The notes: generated from the letters alone by a model not told the origin. DNA of 64,000 nucleotides from an uncultured Gammaproteobacteria bacterium (GCA_963797555.1 CAWCPV010000004.1:160001-224000), one strand, 5' to 3'. Positions 21,679 through 32,413 are shown, counted from the stretch's first letter. Numbers and translations: made by a program.

Positions 21679-23391
21679 GTGGCGGCCGTTGACCCCACCA
21701 TCCGTCTCGGCGGGCTTGCGCACAGGCTGGTAGAGGACGGTCTGCTCGCTGCAGACGAGGCCCGGACGGCCTATGATGAGGCGCGCAAGAAGAACACCCT
21801 CTTCGTAAGCTTCCTGGTCCGCGAGAAGGGCGTCAACAGCCTGCGACTCGCTCTGGCGGCTGCACAGGAGTTCGGCGTCCCTCTGCTGAACCTGGACGCC
21901 TTGGACTTCGACCATCTGCCGCTCGACCTCCTGAATGTAAAGCTCATTCAGCAGAGGCATGCGCTGCCCATCTTCAAGCGGGGCACCCGGCTGTTCGTCG
22001 CGGTCTCCGATCCCACGAACCTGCGCGCCCTGGACGATATCAAGTTCCAGACCGGCATCAATACCGAGGCGGTGCTGGTCGAAGAGGACAAGCTCATCAA
22101 GTACATCGAGCGCGTCGCCGAGGCCAAGGATACCACCCTGGCCGGCTTGGCCGATGTGGATCTGGACAATCTCCAGATCGAGGGCGGAGATATCGAGGCC
22201 GGCGCGGAGATTCGGGAATCCGATGTCGAAGATGCGCCCGTGGTCCGCTTCGTCAACAAGATATTGCTGGACGCAATCAACAAGGGCGCCTCCGACATCC
22301 ATTTCGAGCCGTACGAGAAGAGCTACCGGGTGCGCGTACGCATCGACGGGGTCCTATACGAAGTGGCTGCGCCGCCGGTCGCACTGTCGCCGCGGTTGGC
22401 GGCGCGGCTCAAGGTCATGTCCAGACTGGATATCTCGGAGCGCCGAATGCCCCAGGACGGCCGCATCAAGCTGCGGCTGTCTCAGACGCGGGCCATCGAC
22501 TTCCGCGTCAACACACTGCCCGCGCTGTGGGGCGAAAAGGTGGTGCTGAGGATTCTCGACTCCGGCACGGCGAGGATCGGCGTCGACAGCCTGGGATTCG
22601 AGGATGATCAGAAGCAGATCTTCCTCGGGATCATTCACCGGCCGCAGGGAATGGTGCTGGTCACCGGTCCCACCGGCAGCGGAAAGACGGTCACGCAGTA
22701 CACTGCCCTGAACATCGTCAACACCGTGGACCGGAACATCTGCACGGCGGAGGACCCGGTCGAGATCTACGTCAGCGGGATCAACCAGGTCAACGTCAAC
22801 CACAAGATCGGCCTGACGTTCGCGGAGGCTCTGCGCGCGTTCCTGCGGCAGGATCCGGATATCATCATGGTCGGCGAGGTTCGGGATCTGGAGACCGCCG
22901 ACATCGCTATCAAGGCGGCGCAGACCGGACACATGGTGCTGTCGACGCTGCACACCAACGACGCGCCCCAGACCCTGACCCGTTTGGTCAACATGGGCGT
23001 CCCGCCTTACAACATCGCGTCCTCGGTGTCTCTCATCATTGCCCAGCGCTTGGCCAGGCGGTTATGCGATCACTGCAAGAGTCCCGCCGATATCCCGAAA
23101 GCCGAGCTGATTCGTGAGGGCTTCCGGGAAGGCGAGCTGGCGGATCTGAAAGTGTACCGGCCGGTCGGGTGCGACCAGTGTACCAATGGGTACAAGGGCC
23201 GGGTCGGGATCTTTCAGGTCTTGCCCGTGACGGAGACGATCGGTCGTCTCATCATGGAAGGCAGCAATGCCATGCAGATCGCCGAGCAGGCTGTGCGCGA
23301 GGGCGTCGACACGCTGCGCCAGTCCGGACTGCGAAAGGTTCGGGCGGGCGTTACCAGTCTGACCGAGGTGAATCGAGTCATCACGGAGTAG
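21679..23391 (+). CDS. pilB: Type IV-A pilus assembly ATPase PilB
   Basis: ASDIHFEPYE, GPTGSGKT, LRQDPD, GHMVLSTLHTN and Zn-binding Cys pairs. Confidence 0.96.
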   Translation: MAAVDPTIRLGGLAHRLVEDGLLAADEARTAYDEARKKNTLFVSFLVREKGVNSLRLALAAAQEFGVPLLNLDALDFDHLPLDLLNVKLIQQRHALPIFKRGTRLFVAVSDPTNLRALDDIKFQTGINTEAVLVEEDKLIKYIERVAEAKDTTLAGLADVDLDNLQIEGGDIEAGAEIRESDVEDAPVVRFVNKILLDAINKGASDIHFEPYEKSYRVRVRIDGVLYEVAAPPVALSPRLAARLKVMSRLDISERRMPQDGRIKLRLSQTRAIDFRVNTLPALWGEKVVLRILDSGTARIGVDSLGFEDDQKQIFLGIIHRPQGMVLVTGPTGSGKTVTQYTALNIVNTVDRNICTAEDPVEIYVSGINQVNVNHKIGLTFAEALRAFLRQDPDIIMVGEVRDLETADIAIKAAQTGHMVLSTLHTNDAPQTLTRLVNMGVPPYNIASSVSLIIAQRLARRLCDHCKSPADIPKAELIREGFREGELADLKVYRPVGCDQCTNGYKGRVGIFQVLPVTETIGRLIMEGSNAMQIAEQAVREGVDTLRQSGLRKVRAGVTSLTEVNRVITE

Positions 23392-23393
23392 CT

Positions 23394-24611
23394 ATGGCCA
23401 ATCAGGCAGCCGCAGAGACGGTATTTCGGTGGGAGGGCATGGACCGCCAGGGGAACCGCCTGAAGGGCGAGATGCCGGCGAAAAATCTCTTGCTGCTGAA
23501 GGCGGAGCTCCGGCGTCAGGGGATCGTCCCGGTGCGTGCGAAGAAGAAGTCGGCGCTGTTCGGCGCCCGCAAGAAGCGCATCAAACCCAAGGACATCGCG
23601 ATCGCCACGCGCCAGCTCGCGACCATGGTGCGCGCCGGCGTGCCCCTGGTCCAGTCCCTGGAAATGATCGGACGGGGTCACGAGAATCCCTCCATCCAGG
23701 AGCTGGTGATTGGCATCAAGAACGATGTGGAAGCCGGCAGCGCCTTTGCCGAGGCATTAGAGAAGCGCCCTCTTTACTTCGATGAGCTCTACACCAGCCT
23801 GGTGCGCGCCGGCGAGCAGGCGGGGGCGTTGGACGACCTGCTGGAGAAGATCGCGACCTACAAGGAGCGCACCGAGTCCATCAAGGCGAAGATCAAGAAA
23901 GCCATGTTCTACCCGACCGCGGTCATCATCGCCGCCACCATCGTCACGTCGATCCTGCTCATCTTCGTTATCCCGCAGTTCCGGGCGCTGTTCCAGAGCT
24001 TCGGCGCCGACCTCCCCGCCTTCACCCTGTTCGTCCTGTGGCTGTCCGAGGTGGTTCAGAAATGGTGGTGGGCGATCTTCAGCGTCATCGGTCTCGCAGG
24101 CTATGCCTTCTACGAGGCCAAGCGCCGCTCTCAGAAGTTTGCGCGCCTTCTGGGCCGCCTGTCGCTCAAGCTGCCTATTCTGGGGGACATCTTCGTCAAG
24201 GCGGCGATCGCCCGCTTTGCGCGCACGCTCTCGGTCCTGTTTGCGGCCGGCGTGCCCCTGGTCGAGGCAATGCAGTCGGTGGCCGGGGCCACCGGCAACG
24301 CGATGTACTCCGAGGCGGTGCAGCGCATGCGCGAGCAGGTTTCCACGGGTCAGCAACTGCAGATGGCGATGCGTGTCACCGGACTGTTTCCCAACATGGT
24401 GGTGCAGATGGTGCAGATCGGGGAGGAGTCCGGCTCCTTGGAGCAGATGCTGGCAAAGGTAGCCGACTTCTACGAGGAAGAGGTGAACAACGCCGTCGAC
24501 GCCCTGAGCACCCTGATCGAGCCCATCGTCATCGGCATTCTCGGTGTGGTCATCGGTGGACTGGTGATCGCCATGTACCTGCCTATCTTCAAGCTAGCGG
24601 CCGTGGTGTGA
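23394..24611 (+). CDS. pilC: Type IV pilus inner-membrane platform protein PilC
   Basis: TRQLATMVRAGVPLVQ, GEQAGAL, GEESGSL and AMYLPIF motifs. Confidence 0.95.
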   Translation: MANQAAAETVFRWEGMDRQGNRLKGEMPAKNLLLLKAELRRQGIVPVRAKKKSALFGARKKRIKPKDIAIATRQLATMVRAGVPLVQSLEMIGRGHENPSIQELVIGIKNDVEAGSAFAEALEKRPLYFDELYTSLVRAGEQAGALDDLLEKIATYKERTESIKAKIKKAMFYPTAVIIAATIVTSILLIFVIPQFRALFQSFGADLPAFTLFVLWLSEVVQKWWWAIFSVIGLAGYAFYEAKRRSQKFARLLGRLSLKLPILGDIFVKAAIARFARTLSVLFAAGVPLVEAMQSVAGATGNAMYSEAVQRMREQVSTGQQLQMAMRVTGLFPNMVVQMVQIGEESGSLEQMLAKVADFYEEEVNNAVDALSTLIEPIVIGILGVVIGGLVIAMYLPIFKLAAVV

Positions 24612-24810
24612 CGCGGCCGGCAGGGGCGCTGGACTCCCGGCGCGTCGGTGAGGTCCGATCGTGGGGCGTCGGCCGTGAGCTGCGGCCCCTCCCTCCTCGA
24701 TATATAGCCGAGGCGCGCCTTCCCCCGATGACCGCTCGCGACTAGGCAAGCGTGGTTCGTGACCGGTGGCCGGTGACGGCCCACCGTTGACGGATCACGC
24801 ATCACGAGCG

Positions 24811-25669
24811 ATGGAAGCCCACCCCGCGTTGCTGATCGCCGTCACGAGCGTGTTCGGCCTGATGGTCGGCAGCTTCCTGAACGTGGTCATCCATCGGCTT
24901 CCCATCATGTTGGACCGCGAGTGGCGCGCCCATTGCGCTGAGCTGCTGGGCAGCGAGGGTGCGGCTCCGCCCGGCGAGCCCTTCAACCTGGTGGTCCCGC
25001 GTTCGCGCTGCCCGAGTTGCGGGCATGCCATTGCCCCTTGGGAGAATATTCCCCTTCTCAGCTATGTGCTGCTGCGGGGCCGGTGCTCCGCGTGCCGCGC
25101 CGCCATCAGTGCGCGCTATCCCCTGGTGGAGGCGCTGACCGCCGTTCTGTCCGCCGTGGCGGTGTGGCGCTTCGGACCGCAATGGCAGGGACTGCTGGCG
25201 CTGCTCCTTACCTGGGCATCTGATCGCGCTGACCTTCATCGATCTGGAGCATCAGCTCCTGCCGGACGCCATCACCCAACCGTTCCTGTGGCTGGGTCTC
25301 GCTGTCAGCTTGTTCGGGGTTTTCGCGGGTACCCGTGCCGCAGTCGTGGGGGCGCTCGCCGGTTACCTCAGTCTGTGGGCGGTCTACCAGTTATTTCGGC
25401 TGGTGACCGGGAAGGAGGGGATGGGCTACGGGGACTTCAAGCTGTTGGCGCTGCTCGGGGCGTGGCTCGGCTGGCAGGGGCTGCCGCTGATCGTGCTGTT
25501 GTCTTCCCTCAGCGGAGCCTCCCTGGGGCTCGTCCTGATTCTCCTGGGTGTCCAGGACCGCAGCACCCCGGTGCCGTTCGGCCCTCATCTGGCGGCAGCC
25601 GGCTGGCTGGTTCTGCTCTGGGGGCGGGAACTCATCGACTGGTACCTGAGGCTGTGGGGTCCGAGCTAG
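24811..25669 (+). CDS. pilD: Prepilin peptidase PilD; +1 frameshift near 25219
   Basis: GSFLNVVIHRLP and two CxxC pairs; after the shift IDLEHQLLPD, GMGYGDFKL and PFGP. Confidence 0.92.
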
Positions 25670-25685
25670 CGGCGGGTCGCTGTCG

Positions 25686-26288
25686 ATGCTGGTCATCGGT
25701 TTGACGGGAGGCATCGGAAGCGGCAAGACGACGGTGGCCCAGCGGTTCTCCGCGCACGGTGTGCCCGTTCTGGATGCCGACCGGATGGCGCACGAGCTGG
25801 TCCGCCCCGGGACTCCAGCGCTCGCCGGCATCGCGGAGGCCTTCGGGCCGGACCTCTTGGATGCGGAGGGTGCCTTGGACCGAGCCCGGCTCCGCCGCAT
25901 CGTGCTCCAGGATGCCGAACGTCGGAGGTGCCTGGAGGCGCTGCTGCATCCCCTGGTGCGCGCGGCGTTGGAGCAGCGCCTGGAGGCGCTCGACGCACCC
26001 TACTGTATTCTTTCGGTCCCGCTCCTGGTGGAAAGTCGCATGACGGATCTCGTCGATCGTGTCCTGGTGGTCGACCTTCCGGAGGGTTTACAATACCGCC
26101 GTGCCCTTGCCAGGGGCGGGCTGTCGGCGACCGAGGTCGAATCCATTATGGCGGCCCAGGCGGGGAGGGGGCGGCGGCTGGCGGCGGCGCACGATGTCAT
26201 AGCCAACGACGCCGACTACGACAAGCTTTATCGGCAGGTGGACGAGCTGCACCGGAATTACAGCCTGCTCGCCGAGCAACATGCCTGA
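25686..26288 (+). CDS. coaE: Dephospho-CoA kinase
   Basis: IGLTGGIGSGKT, DAD, LEALLHP and VPLLVE motifs. Confidence 0.96.
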   Translation: MLVIGLTGGIGSGKTTVAQRFSAHGVPVLDADRMAHELVRPGTPALAGIAEAFGPDLLDAEGALDRARLRRIVLQDAERRRCLEALLHPLVRAALEQRLEALDAPYCILSVPLLVESRMTDLVDRVLVVDLPEGLQYRRALARGGLSATEVESIMAAQAGRGRRLAAAHDVIANDADYDKLYRQVDELHRNYSLLAEQHA

Positions 26289-26306
26289 CCATTGCTGGAC
26301 TAGCCC

Positions 26307-27122
26307 ATGTCCGTCACTCAAGTCGCTTCGCGGGGTTCCGCAACGAGAGCCGACCCGCAGCAGACGGTGCTCTACGAGCAGCCCCTAAAAGAGCGCATGC
26401 GCGTCTTCCTGAGGCTCGAGTTCCTCTTCCATCAGGTGCGCCACAGCCTCAACGGCGCTTCGGTGTGGGACAGCCGCGCTGCGGTCACGAGCCTGCTGGA
26501 CATTCACAGCTTCTTCGTGCGCATGGACATGAAGGGCGAGGTGCTGAAGGAGCTGGAACGGCACACCAGCAGCCTGATACGGCTGGAGCGCACTCCGGGG
26601 GTCGACACCGATCGCCTCGGCGAGGTCCTGAACCACCTCGGCTACATGATGGATGACCTGCACCGGCTCGACGGCCAGCTCGGCTCGTCGGTGCGGGACA
26701 GCGAGATGCTGAGCAGCGTCGGCAAGAGGAGCTGCATCTCTGGAGGGACTTGCAGCTTCGATCTGCCCCTGTATCACCACTGGTTGCAGCGGCCTCCTGA
26801 GGTGCGCGTGCAGCAGCTCAACGAGTGGATGGCCGAATACGAGCCGGTCCAGCGCGCGCTCGCCCTGATGCTCGGCCTGACTCGGGAGAGCGCAGTGGCC
26901 GAACCGGAGGTCGCCAGGCAAGGCTTCTTTCAACGCAACCTGGACCCGAGCATCCCGTGGCAACTGGTGCGGGTCGCGGTGCCGGCCGGCGTGTCCTCCT
27001 TTCCGGAGATCAGCGCGGGAAAGCACCGCTTCACGGTGCGCTTCATGCAGCCGATGGGTACGGGCCGCCCGGTCCAGACCGACGACAACGTCGAGTTCAG
27101 TCTCGCCTGCTGCGTCATCTAA
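26307..27122 (+). CDS. zapD: Cell division protein ZapD
   Basis: YEQPLKERMRVFLRLE, GGTCSFDLP and PEISAGKHRFTVRF motifs. Confidence 0.94.
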   Translation: MSVTQVASRGSATRADPQQTVLYEQPLKERMRVFLRLEFLFHQVRHSLNGASVWDSRAAVTSLLDIHSFFVRMDMKGEVLKELERHTSSLIRLERTPGVDTDRLGEVLNHLGYMMDDLHRLDGQLGSSVRDSEMLSSVGKRSCISGGTCSFDLPLYHHWLQRPPEVRVQQLNEWMAEYEPVQRALALMLGLTRESAVAEPEVARQGFFQRNLDPSIPWQLVRVAVPAGVSSFPEISAGKHRFTVRFMQPMGTGRPVQTDDNVEFSLACCVI

Positions 27123-27136
27123 GAGCGCGGGCCTGA

Positions 27137-27180
27137 AACGCTGGTGAATAGATTTGCTGCGCGTCCCGATAGCGGTGTTT
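27137..27180 (+). mobile_element. 5' fragment of the MITE family
   Basis: gtgaatagatttgctgcgcgtcccgatagc matches the left end of the 141-bp element. Confidence 0.7.
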
Positions 27181-27327
27181 GGGGCGCGTTGCCGTGTCCC
27201 GGTGGTCGCAGCGCCGGCAGGGCTACTGCAGAAGGTATCGAGTCTCTGCAGCCGAAAGGGCACCCGGCGCGGCGCGGGGTCTTTCCAATGCCGGGACCCG
27301 AGAACCGCCCAGACCTCCGAGGGGCGG

Positions 27328-28240
27328 CTAGATCAGGCGCCTTACAGCCGTTCCCAGAGGCCGGTGAACCGCTCTGCGACGGCGGCTGGACGCTGCAGCG
27401 TCCGGAATCCCTTCCACTTCTTCGGGTTCAATGACCGCTGCGAGCTGCAGCGTAGAGAAGGCCGGCGTCTGTCTCCCTCCCGCCGTAAGAGTGCAGCGCT
27501 GGACGCCCTCCCGCCCCTCGACGCGTATCTCGTCTCCGGCACAGTAGGTCAGCACACTGGGCACCAGGACCCGCGCGTGCCTATGGAGGTGTTGTCTAGG
27601 GAGCACGAGGCCGCCTACCGAGCTGTGCGCCCCAACGTCTGTGCGGGCTGGCCTGACAAGCACCGGCCTGGACTGGGGGTCAACCACTCCACCCTGGCCT
27701 CCAGCGGCTCGCTCTTCTCTTGCTTCAGCCACCGCACGACTCCGAGCATATGGCTCTGGCGCTGGTGCGGATCTCTCTGCTGCTGACCAACACTAACGCA
27801 CCCACCTTCACGTTGCCGGTGTCGTCCAGCCGCCACTGCACACGACAGCCGCCCAGACTGTGATCGATAGCCACGCAGTTGTGCGTGCGGGGTGAGCCTA
27901 GAGGGATCCATTCCTCCGGCTGCTTAGCCGGGTCGCCCGACGTTTCCCTGAGGTATTTTTCCGCCTCCGCCTTGAGATAGCGATGTATGGCATTGAGTCC
28001 GTCGATGACCTCCACAGACACCGGTCTGTCCGCCCGGTCTGCCTGTCGCCCGGGCCGCGCGTCCCAGCTCTGGATCAGGTAGGTGACCACGGCGTTAGAG
28101 GATAACGGCAAGGGTTCCAAGCCGTGCCGTTGCGCCGGTTCGTATGGCGGCTGGGCGGGCGTGGTCGCGACCGCCGTCCCCGGCCACGGCAATCCATGCT
28201 GGAACGACCGTCAGTCGTCGATTTGTGTCAAGGGTACGAC
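27328..28240 (-). pseudogene. Frameshifted C-terminal part of a gene with an atypical PilZ-like beta-barrel
   Basis: Consecutive frames give RTLDT, YLIQSW..R...R, VEVIDGLNAIHRYL, IDHSLGGCRVQW, VKVGALV, LGVVRWL and ARVEWL; DxSxGG is a PilZ-type motif. Confidence 0.55.
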
Positions 28241-28666
28241 TTATACCAGCTTGATGAGCGCCACGATGAAACCGGCCTGAAGGAACAACAGACCCACCAG
28301 CCACTTCAGGAGGTCGGCCTTGATCTCGGCCATGTCGCGGCGCAGGGTGATTTCTGACTCCTTGATTTCGTGGCGCAGTCTGGTCTCGATCTCGTTCATG
28401 TCGTGGCGCAGGCCGGTCTCAAGCTCCTTCATGTCACGGCGCAGGCTGGTCTCGAGCTCCTTGATGTCGCGCTTCAGGCTGGTCTCGAGCTCCTTGATGT
28501 CGCGCTTCAGGCTGGTCTCCCGCTCCGCCATCTCTCCCTTGGTGGCGAGCTGTTTGTCCACCACCTCAGCCAGAGCGCGCGCTTGGGCCTCGGCTTGGCT
28601 CTCCGAAAACCCGGCCTGCTTGAGCTTGTTTGCGTATTCCAACGTATCGAGAACGATGGCACTCAT
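28241..28666 (-). CDS. DUF1640/CCDC90-family membrane-anchored coiled-coil protein
   Basis: Head DTLEYANKLKQAGFSESQAEA, neck LATK, 11-residue repeat stalk, anchor KWLVGLLFLQAGFIVALIKLV; AGGTG RBS before ATG 28666. Confidence 0.85.
   Translation of the reverse strand: MSAIVLDTLEYANKLKQAGFSESQAEAQARALAEVVDKQLATKGEMAERETSLKRDIKELETSLKRDIKELETSLRRDMKELETGLRHDMNEIETRLRHEIKESEITLRRDMAEIKADLLKWLVGLLFLQAGFIVALIKLV
28330..28520 (-). repeat. 33-bp tandem repeat (about 6 units) encoding hendecads L(K/R)(R/H)D(I/M)KELET(S/G)
   Basis: caggctggtctcgagctccttgatgtcgcgctt occurs exactly at 28442 and 28475, with diverged units on either side. Confidence 0.92.
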
Positions 28667-28698
28667 GGCGCACACCTATGGCCGCACCCGCTGAGTCG

Positions 28699-28707
28699 AT
28701 TATACAC
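28699..28707 (-). promoter_or_regulatory. Extended -10 promoter (TGnTATAAT) for the DUF1640 gene
   Basis: Minus strand reads tgtgtataat about 33 nt upstream of ATG 28666. Confidence 0.55.
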
Positions 28708-29315
28708 AGCAAGCGGCAATACCGGCGCCTGTCCTGCCATACATTCCATCCAGCGCAGCGACAAATACATGGCATGGCCGCCGGCCGGGACCGGCACACT
28801 CTCCGATCTCGCTGCGCACATAGGCTGCCAGGTCCAGGACCGCGGCTTGGTGAGCCAAGGCAGGCGCAGGCGCCCATGTACTTGCCGACCGTGTAGCGGG
28901 TTTCTATGCAGGGCCAGGCTCGGTAGGGTCGGCTCGGCCGACCTCAGGCACTCCAAGCCGCCCTTGCGACCTTCAACGCTCCCGCGCCACGTTGACCGCT
29001 CCGTGCCTGGCCGCTAGACTCCCCCAGCCAAGGGCCGCTGCATTCTTGGGTGCAGGGGTGGCCGAACGGTGCCTGCCCGTCGGGGGTACCGGAAGGAGGG
29101 ATCGCGCGTGCAGTCGCGCCGGTTCCCATGCGGGTCGGGGCGTTCCGGTGACTTCCGCCACGAGCCGGATGGGTGGGAGCGGATCTGAATGTGCTCGCCC
29201 GCGGGAAAGGCACATCTTCGATTATTCCGAGTGCGCGTAGTGCACCCAAAGCTAGGCGGTCTGGTTCAACCTCGGGGCGGTCACGTTCCGGGAATGTCCC
29301 AGGGAAGAGGTCGAA

Positions 29316-29523
29316 ATGACCGGACCCCTCATCGTTAAGTGCCCGACCTGCGGCAAGCCGGTAAACTGGACACCGGAGGAGCAGTGGCGCCCGTTCTGCA
29401 GCGAGCGCTGCAAGCTCATCGACCTGGGGCAGTGGGCCGAAGGAGCGGTACCGCGTTCCCGCTGAGGATTTACCGTCGTCCGACGGGGGGCCGGACGGTA
29501 AGGGGGATGCCGATGAACGTTAG
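29316..29523 (+). CDS. yacG: DNA gyrase inhibitor YacG (missed by the ORF track; frameshift near 29442)
   Basis: Translated by hand: [42 protein letters not shown], then ERYRVP... in the shifted frame to TAG 29521-23. Confidence 0.9.
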
Positions 29524-29640
29524 TCCGGTGCAGGGCACCGTTTGTCGGAAGGGCCGCGACAGCGCGGGTTTGCGGTACTAACCTTTCCATTGGCGAATCA
29601 GATTGGGCACGGACTGAGTTCCGAACTGTAGAACAGGGCT

Positions 29641-30232
29641 ATGACTCCGAGGATGGCAAGGGTGCCCGCGGCGATGATCGGCTTCACCCTGATAGAGCTG
29701 ATGGTGACGGTCGTTATCGCCGCGATCCTGCTTACGGTGGCGGTCCCCACATTCCGCGACGTGATCCAGAATAACCGTCTGGCGACCCAGGCCAACGACT
29801 TGGTGACCGCCTTCAATCTGGCGCGCAGCGAGGCCATCACGCGCGCGATACCGGTCAGCGTCTGCAAGAGCACGGACGGGCTTGCCTGCACGGCGTCAGG
29901 GCGCTGGGACCAAGGTTGGATCGTGTTCGTAGATCCGAACAGCAGCCGCACGGTCGATGCCGGGGACGCGATCCTGCGAGTACATGGTGCCTTGCCCACA
30001 GGCTTTACGGCGAGTGGTCCGACCAACTCCCCCCAAAACCAGGGGGTCACGTACAACGCATCCGGTGCAACCCCGGGCTTTAACCAAACCATAACGCTGT
30101 GTGATCCCGAGGGAGACCTCCGGCGCGCCCGCGGGGTCATAGTCTCGGTCGGTGGGTCGCGTGAGGATGGCGGTGGATAGCAACGGCGATGGCGTCAGGG
30201 ACGTTAGTGGAACCAACCTAACATGCCCATAA
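29641..30232 (+). CDS. fimT: GspH/FimT family minor pilin; frameshift near 30150
   Basis: GFTLIELM type III signal, ARSEAI and WDQGWIVF; shifted tail GRVRMAVDSNGDG...TCP* ends at 30232. Confidence 0.85.
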
Positions 30233-30734
30233 CGAAACACATCGGCTCCGCCGACCGCAACGTGAACGGCTTCAGCTTGCTCGAGGTCTTGATTGCTTTG
30301 CTGGTTTTGTCTATCGGCCTCCTGGGTCTCGCCGGGCTGCAGGGGACGGGGCTTCGTTACAACCACAGCGCCTACCTCAGGAGTCAGGCCACTTTTCAAA
30401 CCTACGACATGGCTGACCGCATGCGCGCCAACTTGAGGGGTGTGCAGCAAGGCGACTACAACAATGTTTCTGGGATCCCCACTGATCCGGGATGTACCAC
30501 GAACATGCACCCCCGCTAACATGGCCTTGCACGATGTCGAGTGAGTGGAACACCCAGAATGCGGCCTTGCTGCCTTCCGGGCAAGGCACGGTGACGGGTG
30601 CCGGCGCCGGGTCCGTGTTCACCGTCACGGTCATGTGGGATGACACCCGCTCGGGCAAGACGGGCACGGGCTGCGACCCCAACAACACGGACGACCTGAA
30701 ATGTTTCCGCATCACCTTCCGGCCATTGCCGTGA
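30223..30734 (+). CDS. pilV: Minor pilin PilV; frameshifted near 30505-30540
   Basis: GFSLLEVLIALLVLSIGLLGLAGLQ and DMADRMRAN; C-terminal EW...LLPSGQG...VTVMWDD in another frame. Confidence 0.88.
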
Positions 30735-30787
30735 CCGCCGACGAACTTGAGAGCGTGATGTCACCTGCGTGCTGGGCAGAGCGGCGG

Positions 30788-31828
30788 ATGAAGAGCGTGG
30801 TGCGGCTCGCTCCGCTCGCTCAACGCGGCCTGACGCTCGTGGAGCTTATGGTGGCACTGGCTCTGAGCCTGTTGCTCTTGGCCGGAACGATCCAGATCTT
30901 CATCAGCAGCAAGCAGAGCTACCGTGTCCAGGATGCCCTGTCGCGGCTTCAGGAGAACAGCCGGGCTGCGGTGGACCTCCTGTCTCGAGACATCCGCGCG
31001 GCGGCGTTACCGCGGCTGCCTGAGCATCGACCCCAAGGTCACGAACGTACTGCCCAGCCACACGACCGACTACGCGCAGAATTTCGACAACCCTGTCGAA
31101 GGGTACGAGGCTATCAGCGCTACAGCCTGGAACCGGACGCCCGATTCGAGTATCGTTTCTCCCTTGCCGGGGAACGACATTCTGACCGTGCGCGGGAATC
31201 TCGGGCCTCCGCTCGCTGTCACTGCGCAGATGGCAAGCGGAACCGACCGCATCCAGACCGCAGGAGGTCAGCCCGGCGCCGCTCGCGGCCGGCGACATCG
31301 CTTTAATCAGCGACTGCCGGGCGGCAGTGATCTTTCCGGTAACAGGCTACAGCGCGGGAACCGTTTCTCACAACACGACGGATCTCGGTCGCACCGTTCG
31401 ACGTGGGTTCGGACATCGTGCGCATGGGGACCACCAGCTATTACCTGCATGACAGATCGGCCGGAACGGGCCCGGCCCTGTGGCGCAAAGTGGGAGCGGA
31501 TCCCGCACAGGAACTGATCGAGGGCGTGGAGGGCTTTCAGGTCCGGTACGGCGTGGATTCCGACCATGACACGTATCAGTCGGCGGATCGCTACGTAGCC
31601 GCGGATAAGTTTCCGGCAACGGTCCCGTCCGGCAGCGACTGCGTCTCCAGCAATAGCTGGTAGGATGTGGTGAGCGTACGGGTGAGCCTGCTCCTCCGGA
31701 CGCTGGAAGATAATCTTGCGCTCTCGCCGCAGCCTTACATCTTCAATGGGACAACCACGACGCCGACGGACCACCGGCTGCGTCGCGTGGTCACGACGAC
31801 CGTAAACTTGCGCAACGCGGTCCAATAG
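30788..31828 (+). CDS. pilW: Minor pilin PilW; several frameshifts and an in-frame TAG at 31661
   Basis: GLTLVELMVA, SRLQENSR, QELIEGVEGFQVRYGVD, W*DVVSVRVSLL and RLRRVVTTTVNLRN. Confidence 0.85.
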
Positions 31829-31840
31829 GGAAACGCAGCC

Positions 31841-32413
31841 ATGCGCAACACCAGGTTCATTGAACAGATTCCCGCCGCTCAGCGCGGGGCCGTGCTGATC
31901 GTGAGTCTCATCATTCTCCTGCTGATGACCATCATCGGCGTCACGGCGATGACCACGAATACCCAGGAAGAGAAGATGGCCGGAAATGCTCGCAACCGCG
32001 ACTTGGCGTTCCAGGCCGCGGAGTCCGTGCTGCGCGGACGGCGAAGGCTGGTTGACGCCGGTTTGCCGATACTCCCCAACCCGGTATCCAGTTGCAGCGG
32101 CCCACCCTGCGATGTCTGGCAAACAGATGCGCCTGGAGGACCGTCTTCGGCAGACCTGGCGGCTCAGAACCAACCTGGTGGACGACGAAGCTCGGAAGGC
32201 GTGACTATCCCAGGCCGCGCCGACGATGCCAGCGCGCTCGGGGACGCCGCCCCGTACATCCTGGAGTATCTGGATTTCGTTCCCGACAGCCTCGCCGTCG
32301 GCACCCGCTATCCTGCGACCGGGCGCGAGTACTACGAGTTGAGCGGGCGAGGTACGGGGGCCGCGGATGTCGCGCAGGTGCTGGTGCAGTCGACGTACGT
32401 CCGGCGCTACTAG
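31841..32413 (+). CDS. pilX: Minor pilin PilX
   Basis: QRGAVLIVSLIILLLMTIIG, EKMAGNARNRDLAFQAAES, PYILEYL and VQSTY; internal compensating shifts are likely. Confidence 0.88.
   Translation: MRNTRFIEQIPAAQRGAVLIVSLIILLLMTIIGVTAMTTNTQEEKMAGNARNRDLAFQAAESVLRGRRRLVDAGLPILPNPVSSCSGPPCDVWQTDAPGGPSSADLAAQNQPGGRRSSEGVTIPGRADDASALGDAAPYILEYLDFVPDSLAVGTRYPATGREYYELSGRGTGAADVAQVLVQSTYVRRY

Noticed and set aside
21500-21679. Absence of pilA next to pilB
   Set aside because: pilA is often located elsewhere, so nothing can be concluded from one window.
28330-28520. 33-bp repeats as a possible CRISPR array
   Set aside because: Head-to-tail with no spacers, in frame within a coiled-coil CDS, and no cas genes nearby.
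31661-31663. In-frame TAG in pilW as stop-codon recoding (pyrrolysine or code 15)
   Set aside because: TAG terminates many genes here (icd, clpA, pilB, pilX), and this single case lies in an error-rich region.
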